From positions 1-37,500 of the forward strand of contig NW_025213932.1 of NCBI RefSeq assembly GCF_004010195.1: DNA of 37,500 nt, written 5' to 3'. Both the position numbers and the translations under genes were made by a program. Numbering within the stretch: position 1 is the stretch's first letter; each line of letters begins with the position of its first letter. The stretch comes from Chiloscyllium plagiosum. Its lineage: Eukaryota. The notes beneath the pieces were generated by a model. The model worked only from the letters and a program-made list of their open reading frames with translations, had not been told where the DNA came from and ran no database searches. Below, in pieces: positions 1 through 10,750 of this stretch.

Positions 1-49
1 ATCCAATGCCCGCTTAAATGCCCATAATGAGGGAGAGTCCACAACTGAC

Positions 50-190
50 TGTTGGAGGAAACCCACGCAGACATGGGGAGAGTGTGCAAAGAGTGTGCAA
101 ACTCCACACAGACAGTCACCTGAGGTGGGAATTGAACCCAGATCCCTGGCACTGAGTTTCAATGCTAACCACTGAGCCCCCATGCCACCA
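50..190 (-). mobile_element. HE1-like tRNA-derived SINE, 5' part
   Basis: The reverse complement reads gtggcatggggctcagtggttagca...gggttcaattcccacctcaggtgactgtctgtgtggagtttgcac, a tRNA-like A/B-box head. It matches the other copies in the window. Confidence 0.85.
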
Positions 191-359
191 CTCATGTGAC
201 ACTCGCTGAGGTTTCTATACCCTACTGGCAAAACAATCTGATGAATGTCTGCCCATTTCTCATCTGCTTGTATATGTGATGGTCTCCATTTCCACATTAT
301 GAGATCATTTTGCAGGTAATAACTTGAGGGATACATTCCGACTATTTCATGGTCTATGC

Positions 360-552
360 ACTGCAGGTCAGGCAGCATCCGAGGAACAAGAGAATCGACC
401 TTTCGAGCAAAAGTTCTTGATTCTTGATGAAGAGTTTATGCTCAAAACATCGATTCTTCTGCTCCTCGGATGCTGCCTGACCTGCTGTGCTTTTCCAGCA
501 TCACACTCTCGACTGTGATATCTCCAGCACCTGCAGTCCTCACTTTCTCCTC
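360..552. mobile_element. Short palindromic Penelope-terminus-derived element
   Basis: Arm gcaggtcaggcagcatccgagg...gagaatcga (363-398) is the inverted match of tcgattctt...cctcggatgctgcctgacctgc (450-485). It is flanked by the duplicated ggtctatgc (351-359, 559-567). The same family occurs at 32361-32551 and 11101-11177. Confidence 0.7.
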
Positions 553-962
553 CTTTACGGTCTATGCCTTTTTACACAACTGCTTTAAATTTTCATCTTT
601 TCTGCTGTCACTCAATGAGCTCAGCAGAGCTAAAGGAACTTGCATGCTTACCTATTTGCTCCTGTTCTGAACCACTTATTTGATCGAAAGCAATCTCTAC
701 TAATGTACTTCAGCTTCCTGACCTGTGCCCTTTGACCTCTCCTGCTTCAGCTTGTGACGCTGTGATCTTGTTACTACACAATCAGGGGAGATTCCTGCAT
801 AAACATCCTGCATTGTTTCAGTTGCCTGCATCTCCACCGGCTTTTCAACTAGAGTAGGCAGCACGCCTACTGGTGAATCAGCTATATCATTCGCAAGAAC
901 AAATTGTATTCCTGGAGCTGAGAGTTTGTCCAGTACTCCTACCACAAATTCTACACTCTTCT

Positions 963-3328
963 GGAAACATCCAGGAGAGTTTTCTATAGCAGTATGTCAA
1001 TAGTCCGACGAGGGAAGAGGCCGTATTGGACCTGGTACTGGGGAATGAGCCAGGCCAGGTAGTAGAAGTTGTGGTGGGGGATTTATTTGGGAACAGTGAC
1101 CACAATTCTGTAAATTTTAGAATACTCGTAGATGAAGATGAGAGTGGTCCTAAGGGAAGAGTACTAAACTGAGCCAAGGCCAATTATAACAAAATTAGGC
1201 AGGAGCTGGGAAATGTGGATTGGACACAGCTATTTGAAGGGAAGTCCATATTTGAGATGTGGGAGGCTTTCAAAGATATATAGTGCAGGATAGGCATGTC
1301 CTGTTGAAGGCAAAGGATAGGAATGGCAAAACTCATGAACCGTGGATGACAGGAGAAATTGTACGGTTAGCCAAGAGAAAAAGGGAAGCGTACATAAGGT
1401 CTCGGCAGCTAAGAACAGAACGGGCCCTGGAGGAATATCGGAAGAGTAGGACAAGTCTTAAACGACGAATCAAGCGGGCTAAAAGGGGTCATGAGATAAC
1501 TTTAGTGAGCAGAATTAAGGAAAATACCAAGGTCTTTTATTCTTATATAAGAAGCAAGCAGGTAATTAGAGAAAGGATTGGTTCACTAAAGGATAATGAA
1601 GGAAGGCTGTGTGCCGAACCTGAGAGAATGGGTGAGATTCTGAATGATTACTTTGCATCAGTGTTCACTGTGGAGAGGAACATGATAAATCTTGAGATTA
1701 GAGATAGCAGTTTGATTAGTCTGGACCATATTGACATAAAAAGGGAAAGTGTGTTGGGTAGGCTAGAGGTTATTAAGGTGAACAAATCCCCAGGACCGAA
1801 TGGGATCTATCCCAGGTTGCTGAGGGAGGTGCAAGAGGAAATAGCTGGGGCCCTGACAGATATATTTGTGGTATTCTTAAATACAGGTGAAGTGCTGGAG
1901 GACTGGAAGGTTGCTCATGTTGTCCCCCTGTACAAGAAGGGTAGTAGGGATATTCCAGGTAACTACAGACCAGTGAACATGACGTCAGTGGTGGGCAAGT
2001 TGCTGGAGAAGGTGCTGAGGAATAGGATCTATTTATATTTAGAAAAGAAATGGGCTTATCAGTGATAGGCGACATGGTTTTATAAGGGCGAGATCATGCC
2101 TTATCAACTTGATAGAGTTCTTCGAGGAAGTGACCAAGTTGATGTCATATACATGGACTTTAGTAAGGCTTTTGATAAGGATTTCCATGGTAAACTAATG
2201 GAGAAAGTGAAGTCACATGGTGTGCAGGGTGTTCTAGCTCGGTGGATAAAGAGCTTGTTGAGCAACAGGAGACAGAGAGTAGTAGTTGAAGGGAGTTTCT
2301 TGAAATGGAGAAAGGTGACCATTTGTGTTCCACAGGGGTCAGTGCTGAGGCCTCTGTTGTTTGTAATATACATAAATGATCTGGAAGAGGGCACTGTTGG
2401 TATGATCAGCAAGTTTGCAGATGACACGAGGATTGGTGGAGTAGCAGAAAGCATAAGGGACTGTCAAAGAATACAGGAGGATATTGACAGACTGGAGAGT
2501 TGGGCAGAGAAGTGGCAGATGGATTTCAATCCAGACAAATGTGAGGTGATGCATTTAGAGAAGACTAATTCCAGAGCAAATTATACAATGAATAGAAGAG
2601 CCTTGGGAAAAGTTGATGGGCAGAGAGACCTGGGAGTGCAGATCCATTGTACCCTGAAGGTTGCTGCATAGGTGGATAGAGTGGTCAAGAAGGCATATAG
2701 TATGTTTGCCTTCATTGGGTTGGTATTGAGTATAAGAGCTGGCAAGTCATGTTAACATTGTACAAGACATTGGTTAGGCCGCATTTAGAATACTGTGTAC
2801 AGTTCTGGTCGCCACATTACCAAAAGGATGTGGACGCTTTGGAGAGGGTGCAGAGAGGGTTTACGAGGATATTGCCTGGTATGGAAGGTGCTAGCTGTGA
2901 AGAGAGGTCGAGTAGGTTAGGTTTGTTTTCATTAGAAAAAAGGAAATTGCGGGGGGACCTGACTGAGGTTTACAGAATCATTAAGGGTATAGACAGGGTA
3001 GATAGAGACAAGCTTTTTCCCAGGATGAAGGATTCAATAACGAGAGGTCACGCTTTCAAGGTGAGAGGTGAAAAGTTTGAGGGGGATACACGCGGTAAGT
3101 ACTTCACACAGAGGGTGGTGGGTGTTTGGAACGCGTTGCCAGCAGAGGTGGTAAGATTCATTTAAGATGTGTCTGGACAGATGCATGAGTAAGTGGGGCG
3201 CAGAGGGATACAGATGCTTAGGATTGGATGACAGGTTTAGACAGTACATTTGAATTGGCTCAGGCTTGGAGGGTCGAAGGGCCTGTTCCTGGGCTGTAAA
3301 TTTTCTTTGTTCTTTTGTTCTTTGTTCT
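963..3328 (+). mobile_element. 5'-truncated CR1 (HER1-like) LINE ORF2, with stops and frameshifts
   Basis: ORFs 1259..2065 (KSPGPNGIYPRLLREV, PGNYRPV), 2096..2671 (VDVIYMDFSKAFD, VPQGSVL, SKFADD) and 2749..3165 (LVRPHLEYCVQFWSP). The 3' tail is (GTTCTTT)n, with a TTCT duplication at 959-962 and 3325-3328. Confidence 0.95.
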
Positions 3329-4445
3329 CTGGACACTCTCGCCTCACTTTACATAACTGAGCACTTTTTGTCTCACTGTCAATTCCTGTTACTACCTTTT
3401 CTGGCAATAGTCCTTCAGGAATACATATCTCCTCATCCTTCAGCATCACAGATTGACAGGATCCTGTGTCCCTAAATATCGTAATCTGTTACCTGTTACT
3501 TCAGGCTTATGTGAATAAGCTTTACCTTTTTTTTTAAGCAGATCAGGCACTTCCTCCTTAACACCCTCTGATCAGCTTGTACACTCTGAGGCAGGTTTCT
3601 AGCTTCCACGGTGCTTTCTGTTACCAGTCCAACAAAACTCCCAGGCTTGACCTATTCTCCTACATCTGGATTTTTCTGAGGCCACCAACACTGTGATTTC
3701 ATGTGGCCCACTATATTGCAATGGAAATACCAGTGCTTTATACGTTCACTGTCCCCTTCAAGCGTTTCCTTTTTATCCTTATGATCTTCACTGAGATCGA
3801 CCTTTCCCTTTACACGTGAGAATTTCTCTTTGTCCCAATTCCTACACCTCATGGACTGAAATTGATTCTGAAAGCCAAACTGTGTTTTATGGACCAATTC
3901 ATAGTCATCAGCCACTTCAGCTGCTACCCATACTGTTTTATCTCTCTGCTCTCCCACATGAGTTCGCCCTACTCCTTCACTAGACTTCTCTTCAGCCTTC
4001 ATCTCCATCCTTTTAAGCTGACCTTCCTTTCTCAGTGGCCTTTTCTGAAGTTCAAACTCTTTTTCTTTCTCTTCTGCTTTTCGTCGTCATGTAAATTGTT
4101 TCATTTCTGCTGCCCTTTCCTTCTTTCTCGCCTCTAACTCAAGCTGTTTCAATTATCATACACTTTTTGTCATCTCCACAGATCCCGGTGGTTTTTCCAG
4201 TGAATCTAAATGCTGAGCTATTGCTGTCACCACCTCATCCTTCGTGGGGGTAGTTTCTACTCCAGCCTGTCTACCAATTCCAGCCGCTTGGCCTTAACCA
4301 CCTTTTGTAATACCCCCAAGGTCACTTCTCCCAACCCCAGCAAACTCTTGGTGACTGAAAGAGCCATTGCCATCCCAAACTCTGTCTACCTGACCAAATC
4401 AAAACCCGGAATAAAGGACACTCACACCTACCACTCGCTGCTTAA

Positions 4446-4464
4446 ATCCCACAAAGAGCCCCCA
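4446..4464 (-). promoter_or_regulatory. Primer binding site resembling tRNA-Pro PBS
   Basis: The minus strand reads TGGGGGCTCTTTGTGGGAT, 3 nt after the LTR end ...CATAACA. The canonical PBS-Pro is TGGGGGCTCGTCCGGGAT. Confidence 0.7.
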
Positions 4465-4928
4465 CTCTGTTATGGACCAGGACAGACCCCTCAAAACATT
4501 TTTAAGCAGGCAGCCCGGACTGTAACTTTGCTATTTGTTTCGCTTGGCGTACAGTGGATATTCCCAGAGTAAGTTAGCTGGCTCGACTGCTACATTTTAA
4601 ACAAACAAAAATTATTTCCAAAATTACAGAATTAAACACAAAGAACAGAAAACAGAATTCCAGATAACTTATCCTATCCAAACCGGACTTAATGATGTTG
4701 ATCCGAAAATACTTGCAACAGTCCCAGTGCACACACCCCTGAGCACAAACAGGACACCATGGCACAGGCAACTTACAGTTCGAACTCAGAAGGGCAGAAG
4801 GAGAAAGAGAAGTTCCACTCTCAACTGTGACTCTTACTCAACCAACACTAACCTCAAAAGAAGGTTAGCACACAGCCAGCTGGCCACCACCCCCCCCCCC
4901 CCCCCCCCCNNNNNNNNNNNNNNNNNNN

Positions 4929-5118
4929 GGTGCTCCGGTTTCCTCCCACAGTCCACACATGTGCAGGTTAGGTGAATTGGCCATGCTAAATTGCCCGTAG
5001 TGTTAGGTGAAGGGGTAAATGTAGGGGAATGGGTCTGGGTGGGTTGCTGTTCGGATGGTTGATGTGGACATGTTGGGCCGAAGGGCCTGTTTCCACGCTG
5101 AAAGTAATCTAATCTAAA
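4929..5118 (+). mobile_element. HE1-like SINE, 3' part
   Basis: ggtgctccggtttcctcccacagtcc...gggccgaagggcctgtttccac...taatctaatctaa. Confidence 0.85.
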
Positions 5119-5277
5119 TCCAAAAAAAAACATGAAAGCCGAAGGTATTATCTGTTTCAAGGTAAACAAAAAGGGCTCCGTTAAGTCATTCACCCTTCAC
5201 CAACTCAGACCCTCTGGAACCTGGGCTATTTCACAAAATGAAAAAAATGAAGGCCGCAGTAACTTTGAGAAAATCAA

Positions 5278-5417
5278 GGACCAGCTCTGAGAAAAGGACT
5301 AGTTCTGAGAAAAAGGACCAGTTCTGGGAAAAAGGACCAGTTCTGGGAAAAAGGACCAGTTCTGAGAAAAAGGACCAGCTCTGAAAAAAAGGAGCAGCTC
5401 TGAAAAAAAGGAGCAGG
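5278..5417. repeat. Minisatellite, about 7.5 units of 18-19 bp (GGACCAGTTCTGAGAAAAA)
   Basis: Tandem units are directly visible. Confidence 0.9.
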
Positions 5418-5720
5418 TTCATGACAAAAGGAATCATGGGATATGCTGATGTTGTGGGAAAGAGGTATTGATGTCGAATATATTCCATGATCTAGTGAAA
5501 TAGTTGAGCCGCCGAATGGCTGCCTTAAGTTCCTGTTGCATTAGTTCTTATTGATGTAAGTTTTAACTTTGATTGCTGCAGTAATGAGTTAAAATGTAAA
5601 ATCTTATCCATTTGTTTGTTCTTTTGAGATAATTTGTGGATTTTTCTTCAAGGTTATTAATCTTGACAGGAATCATGACATGGGACTTTACATGGAATAT
5701 TGACATGTAAATATATAAGG

Positions 5721-6060
5721 TCATAGAATAGAATCATAGAATCCCTACAGTGTGGAAACAGGCCCTTTGGCCCAACAGGTCCACACTGCCACTCCAAAGA
5801 GTAAGCCACCTAGACCCATTTCCCCCACCCTAATATCCTACATTTACCCCTGATTAATGCACCTAACCTACACATCCCTGAACACTTTGGCAATTTAACA
5901 TGGCCAATCCACCTAACTTGCACATCTTTGGATTGTGGGAGGAAACCAGAGACACAGGGAGAATGTGCAAACTCCACGCAGACAGTTGCCCAAGGCTAGA
6001 ATTGAACCTGGGTCCCTGGTGCTGTGAGGCAGCAGTGCTAACCACTGAGCCACTGTGCCG
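5721..6060 (-). mobile_element. HE1-like SINE, full length
   Basis: Tail catagaatccctacagtgtggaaacaggccc and tRNA-like head gctgtgaggcagcagtgctaaccactgagccactgtgccg. Confidence 0.9.
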
Positions 6061-6283
6061 TAAAAGTTACAAATTAAAACATTCCGCAGAAATATTCCAA
6101 ATTAACTACTGCTTGATGGTTTAAAATCAGAATCGAAAACTTAATGAATTCAAATTCATTCACAAATGCAGTTCTGAAAGAATTTTATATTGTAGGGCAG
6201 TTTATATTTTAGAAAATCAGCTGTTTTCAATGTAATTTTGTTCTGAGTACAGAATTTTATGTTTTATTGTTGTTGTTCACTAG

Positions 6284-6631
6284 GTCAATTCCTTGTTGTT
6301 GGACCTGGTAAACCTATTGAAGCTACTGTAGGTGAAGATGCTCTGTTGGAATGTCAGCTTGTGCCAGATATATCTGCCAGCAACATGTTGGTGCAGTGGT
6401 TTAAATCAGGCCTTGATTCCCCAGTTCACGTATACAGCCATGGGGAAGATGATGTCACTGCTCAGCACAGGAAATACAGAGGGAGGACTGAACTGTTCAA
6501 AAATGAACTGACCAAAGGAGCCATTTCTCTTCAAGTAAAGAATACAACGATTTTTGATGGAGGAGAATACAGATGTCTAGTTGATAGCGGAATCTTTTCT
6601 GAAGAAACTGCAGTCAGACTGAATGTCGCAA
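6284..6631 (+). CDS. Butyrophilin-like protein, IgV exon
   Basis: Acceptor tgttgttcactag|GT and donor GCAA|gtttgt; phase 1-1; 348 bp, the typical BTN IgV exon size. Encodes QFLVVGPGKPIEATVGEDALLEC...VQWFK...PVHVY...YRGRTELFKNELTKGAISLQVKNTTIFDGGEYRC...AVRLNVA. Confidence 0.93.
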
Positions 6632-7093
6632 GTTTGTACACTTCAGGAACATTTCTGTCTTCTAAAGCTCGGTTTAAATTATTTAATATTTTAACATTCA
6701 ACAATTAAATTAACATTTGTTATACATAAATATGAAATAAGGCATGGAAATAGACTATCTCCATCTCAATTCCAGTTCTAGATATTCTCATTTGTCCATG
6801 GGTATTGTTATTTGTCATGGTTGTGAGAGTTAGATCTTTGAGATCTTGCTGTCCAGCTGTTGCACAGGAACCAGTTTCAAAGAAGCAGGGCTGGTTGCAC
6901 ATGAAGGGCCAAATTATGTGAGATTATCTGTCATAGGTACTTTTGTAAAGCAATTCATACTGAAACCTGAGCTTTACACAGGCTTTATAAAATGAAGAAT
7001 ACAAGGTCAAGGTGTTTTGTTAAACCCATACAGGACTGTTCAACCCCACTGTGATGTTCATCCCCAATATTCTGACCACCCAAAGATTGTTTA

Positions 7094-7221
7094 TTAGATT
7101 AGATCAGATTCCCTACAGTGTGGAAACAGGCCCTTTGGCCCAACAAGTCCACACCAACCCTCTGAAGAGTAACCTATCCAGACCCATTTCTCTACATTTA
7201 CCCCTGACTAATGTACCTAAC
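7094..7221 (-). mobile_element. HE1-like SINE 3' fragment
   Basis: ttagattagatcagattccctacagtgtggaaacaggccctttggccc. Confidence 0.8.
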
Positions 7222-7318
7222 AAACCCACAAACCCATCAACACATTAAAACAGCAGCTAATGAACTTGAAAGATCCTACGCTGACAACAAGCAAAACCAA
7301 TTGTCATTTACAAAATAA
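7222..7318 (+). mobile_element. Penelope-like fragment upstream of GIY-YIG
   Basis: Encodes KPINTLKQQLMNLKDP, matching ORF 14517..14729. Confidence 0.7.
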
Positions 7319-7319
7319 T

Positions 7320-7826
7320 TGTACCAGTCTCCACCATTTCAACTGGCAGCTCATTCCATATGCACGCACACCCTCTGCGTGAAAATATTGCCCCACAGGT
7401 TCCTTTTAAATCTTTCCCCTCTCACCTTAAAACTTAGCTCTCTAGTTTTTGACTCCCCCAGCCCAGGGAAAAGACCATGTCTATTTATCCACGCCCCTCA
7501 TGATCTTGTAAACCTTTATAAGGTCATCCCTCAGCCTCTGACGCTCCAGGGAAAACAGCCTCAGCCTGTTCAGCCTCTCTCTATTATTCAAACCGGCCAA
7601 TCCTGGCAACATCCTCAAATATTTTCTGAACTCTCAATTTTACAAATTCCTTCCTATAGCAGGGAAGCCAGAATTGCACACAATATTCCAGAAGTGGCCT
7701 AACCTTTGTCCTGGACAGCCGCACCATGACCTCCCAACTCCTATACTCAATGCACTGACTAATGAGGCAAACATACCAAACACCTTCCTCACTATCCTAT
7801 CTACCTGCGATTCAGTTTTCAAGGAA
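7320..7826 (-). mobile_element. CR1 LINE 3' fragment
   Basis: The minus strand encodes ESQVDRIVRKVFGM and, in a shifted frame, RPLLEYCVQFWLPCYR, homologous to 2670-3150. Confidence 0.85.
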
Positions 7827-8023
7827 TGAATGTTATCTGATTTATAACAAATGTTGTTTCATCACAGCTCTATCTGAACATATTCTGAGATAAAGTGTAG
7901 TTCATAATCTAATTAAAGTCAGTGAAAAGCAATGATTAGATATCTGTCAATAACATGAAATGAGCAGTTCCAACAAACTACAGCACGTGTTCCTAATGTT
8001 TGCTATTTCTCTGTTGATTCCAG

Positions 8024-8305
8024 GTTTGGGCCATCAGCCCTGGATCCAGATGAAGGAATATCGTGAAAATGGAATCCAGGTTGTGTGTAAATCCAGTGGA
8101 TGGTTCCCAAGGCCAGAAATACAGTGGATCAGTGAAGATGGACTTATTTTATCACAAACTGAACGAAGTTATGAGCAGGACTCTGACGGTCTTGTCAATG
8201 TCCAGAGCATCATCGCCGTTACAAAACAATCAACAAAAAGGTTTAAGTGTGTTGTGCAGAATAAAGATTTGGGAATTGCACGAGAAGCCCCTATCAGGAT
8301 ATCAG
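8024..8305 (+). CDS. Butyrophilin-like protein, IgC exon
   Basis: Acceptor ctctgttgattccag|GT and donor TCAG|gtttgt; phase 1-1; 282 bp, the typical BTN IgC exon size. Encodes LGHQPWIQMKEYRENGIQVVCKSSGWFPRPEIQW...DSDGLVNVQS...FKCVVQN...IRIS. Confidence 0.93.
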
Positions 8306-8484
8306 GTTTGTAAATGAGAATATGTAATCAAGTAAGTTAAAGGTGATTTAAAATCTACCATAGATCACATTGTGTGTTTAACTGTCTCCAAGGAGCCCTC
8401 ACACGGTAATCCATTCCTTCTGTATAGGAAAATAAGCCATTTCGCCACAGTAGGAGATACTAAATCAGAGGACTAAATGCTTGG

Positions 8485-8730
8485 TTAAAGAGAGAGGTTT
8501 AAGAAATGGTTTCTCAAGCCTGGGCCCTTGGCAACATAAGGTGTTGCCACTAATGTGGAGCATTTAAAGCTGGGGTTGGGTGTGGGGGCCAATATTAACA
8601 AGCAGAGATGCCTTGGAGGGTTTGGGGGTGGAAGGGATAGTGAAGGCAAGGGCATGGAGAAACTTGTATACAAAGATAAGAATTTTAAAATCAAGATGTT
8701 GTTTGACATTGGCTTCCTTTGGTCAATCAG
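8485..8730 (-). mobile_element. Probable L2-type LINE 3' fragment, degenerate
   Basis: gggatagtgaaggcaagggcatggagaaacttgtatacaaagataagaattttaaaatcaag resembles antisense L2 3' sequence, judged from recall only. Confidence 0.4.
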
Positions 8731-9278
8731 GAAAAAAATTCTTCCTAATATCTCTACATTTGACCTATTATTCATTATTATCAGATAATTGCTTTGTGAA
8801 GCACTTTAGAATTTGTTAAATGTAGCTTGGAAAGGATAATATACAAAATTAGAACCCCCCAGAATTTGCCAGCTGCCTTATGTGTCTCTGTCAGTGCTGT
8901 AATATACCAGCCCCTGATCTCTGCTGCTGACTCCATCAGAATTCATAGCATCAGGGGATGGACTCACAAATTAAATGTGGCTCAGGACACATTTGAGATA
9001 AACACAGGAAATGCTGGAAAAGCCTCACAGTTCTGGCAGTGTCTGTGGAGTTCCTCTCTCCATAGATGCTGACACATTGGCTGAGTTTCTCCAGCACTTT
9101 CTGTGCTTCTTTGTTTCAGATTTCCAGCATTCACAGTATTTTGCTTTTGTTTGACACTTTTGAGGCACCTTCCCAGACAGAGAGGTCAAGTCAGGTCAGA
9201 TTATTGGTCCTACGAGTTCTGGAATGCAAACTTAGAGGTGGAACTTAAATTATTTATTGATAATAATTTATTTTCAGA

Positions 9279-9627
9279 GATCATAGAATCCCTACCGAGT
9301 GGAAAATAGCCAATCGGCCCAACAAGTCCACACTGACCCTCCGAAGAGTAACCCACCCAGGCCCATTGTCCTACCGTATTACTCTACATTTCCCCCTGAC
9401 TAATGCACCTAACCTACACATCCCTGAACACTGTGGGAAATTAACATGGCCAATTCACCTAATTCATCTTTGGACTGTAGGAGAAAACGGGAGCAGCCAG
9501 AGGAAACCCACACAGACACAGGGAGAATGTGCAAACTCCACACAGATAGTCACCTGAGGTGGGAATCAAACCCAGGTCCCTGGTGCTGTGAGGCAGCAGT
9601 GCTAACCACTGAGCCACCATGCTGCCC
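9279..9627 (-). mobile_element. HE1-like SINE
   Basis: Full head and tail present; the paralogous copy is at 18654-19003. Confidence 0.9.
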
Positions 9628-9700
9628 ATTTGATTTTCACATATTATGCCAGTGCCAATGTTAAATTCCTTGCCCTTATAGAGAGAAGCATAATAATCAT

Positions 9701-10014
9701 TGGGCAGGCAGCATGGTGGCTCAGTGGTTAGCACTGCTGCCTCACAGCACCAGGGTCCCAGGTTTGATTCCAGCCTCGAGTGACTGTCTGTGTGGAGTTT
9801 GCACATTCTCCACGTGTCTGCGTGGGTTTCTTCCGGGTGCTCTGGTTTCCTCCCACAGTCCAAAGATGTGCAGGTCAGGTGAATTGGCCATGCTAAATTG
9901 CCCACCAGTGTTAGTGTTAGGAGGGAGGTGGTTCTGAGTGGGTTGCTCTTCAGAGGGTCGGCGTGGACTGCTTGGGCCGAAGGGCCTGCTTCCACATTGT
10001 AAGGAATCAAACTT
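9701..10014 (+). mobile_element. HE1-like SINE specific to duplication copy 1
   Basis: A box tggctcagtggt and B box ggtttgattcc, flanked by an ATCAT duplication (9696-9700, 10015-10019). The empty site in copy 2 is at about 19072-19077. Confidence 0.9.
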
Positions 10015-10234
10015 ATCATCAGTAGCAGTGATTAAATTGAGCAGGGGCTCCACCCTCACTTGATTAATTAATAAGTTCAGTGTTGGTGTTTCTGGGTATT
10101 TGATGTTATATCAGGAGATTCTTGGAAGGACTCTGCACATCTCATGCACAGTCACAATGAGTAAAGTATTTGTAATACTCATGCACATGCTGCAGAAAAT
10201 CCAGTTGTCTAACTCCGTGGCATTGACTTTACAG

Positions 10235-10354
10235 ATGAAATCTTCCCTGGTGCCCCTGACTGGCTGGCACCATTGCCCGTGACCATCCTTTGTGTAACTG
10301 TTGGCATTGCTGCTGTGATTTACTGGAGTGTGAAACACCATCGACACATTAAAG
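10235..10354 (+). CDS. Butyrophilin-like protein, transmembrane exon (copy 1)
   Basis: Acceptor gactttacag|AT and donor AAAG|gtacag; 120 bp; phase 1-1 and in frame with IgC. Encodes DEIFPGAPDWLAPLPVTILCVTVGIAAVIYWSVKHHRHIK, with the BTN-like FP..W start, a hydrophobic helix and a basic stop-transfer segment. Confidence 0.88.
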
Positions 10355-10750
10355 GTACAGTCTCAGTGTAACACTGACTAAGGACAATGAAGATACAAGC
10401 CTGGAAATCCACGGGGGATTTCCCAGTCTCTGTCAATTAATCTGTGAGACATAAACAATCCAGTGGAATTTCAGGGTCACAGCATTTCTCCAGTACAATG
10501 TGTGTGTTTCAGTGTTAAATGTTTGGGGAATGGTGGTGTGAAGACCTGGTCACATTGACATGAAGAACAAAGGAATAAATGTGATTCCCGTCTCCAGCCG
10601 AATAGGAAACGTTCCTTTAATAATTCTTAATCAGATGCTCCTGTTGAATATTAAATTATTACATTGTCCTTGTAAATAAGCGTAACATTATTTTGAGCAA
10701 ATGTGAAACAGAAATAATCCAGGACAGCACCAACAAATGGAGCAGCATTT

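Larger units (their letters stand above)
191..4467 (-). mobile_element. Degenerate Gmr1-like Gypsy LTR retrotransposon, internal region (gag zinc knuckle, protease region, start of integrase), interrupted by CR1 and a palindromic insert
   Basis: ORF 3652..4008 has a degenerate zinc knuckle (FHCNIVGHMKSQCW). ORFs 3237..3449 and 700..945 join as LCKVRRECPEKSVEFVVGVLDKLSAPGIQFVLANDIA...CVVTRSQ. Minus-strand 191-330 encodes YYLQNDLIMWKWRPSHIQADEKWADIHQIVLP, the segment preceding the integrase zinc finger, with no RT in between. Confidence 0.75.
4468..5426 (-). mobile_element. 5' LTR of the Gmr1-like element (contains a small gap, a SINE and a minisatellite)
   Basis: TG...CA termini with an imperfect inverted repeat, tgttatggacc (4468-4478) / ggttcatgaca (5416-5426), adjacent to the PBS. 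Confidence 0.7.

Noticed and set aside
1259..3165. Long ORFs as host genes or an active LINE
   Set aside because: They are pieces of a 5'-truncated CR1 ORF2 broken by frameshifts and stops.
5278..5417. CRISPR-like repeat array
   Set aside because: There are no unique spacers. It is a simple minisatellite in an LTR in vertebrate DNA.
5480..5562. Possible leader (signal peptide) exon ending at gat|gtaagt
   Set aside because: All three frames hit stops shortly before the donor and there is no hydrophobic leader. The leader exon is probably upstream of the window.
9459..10059. 186-aa and 105-aa ORFs, and tRNA-like motifs as tRNA genes
   Set aside because: These are chance translations of HE1 SINEs, and the A/B boxes belong to the SINE head.
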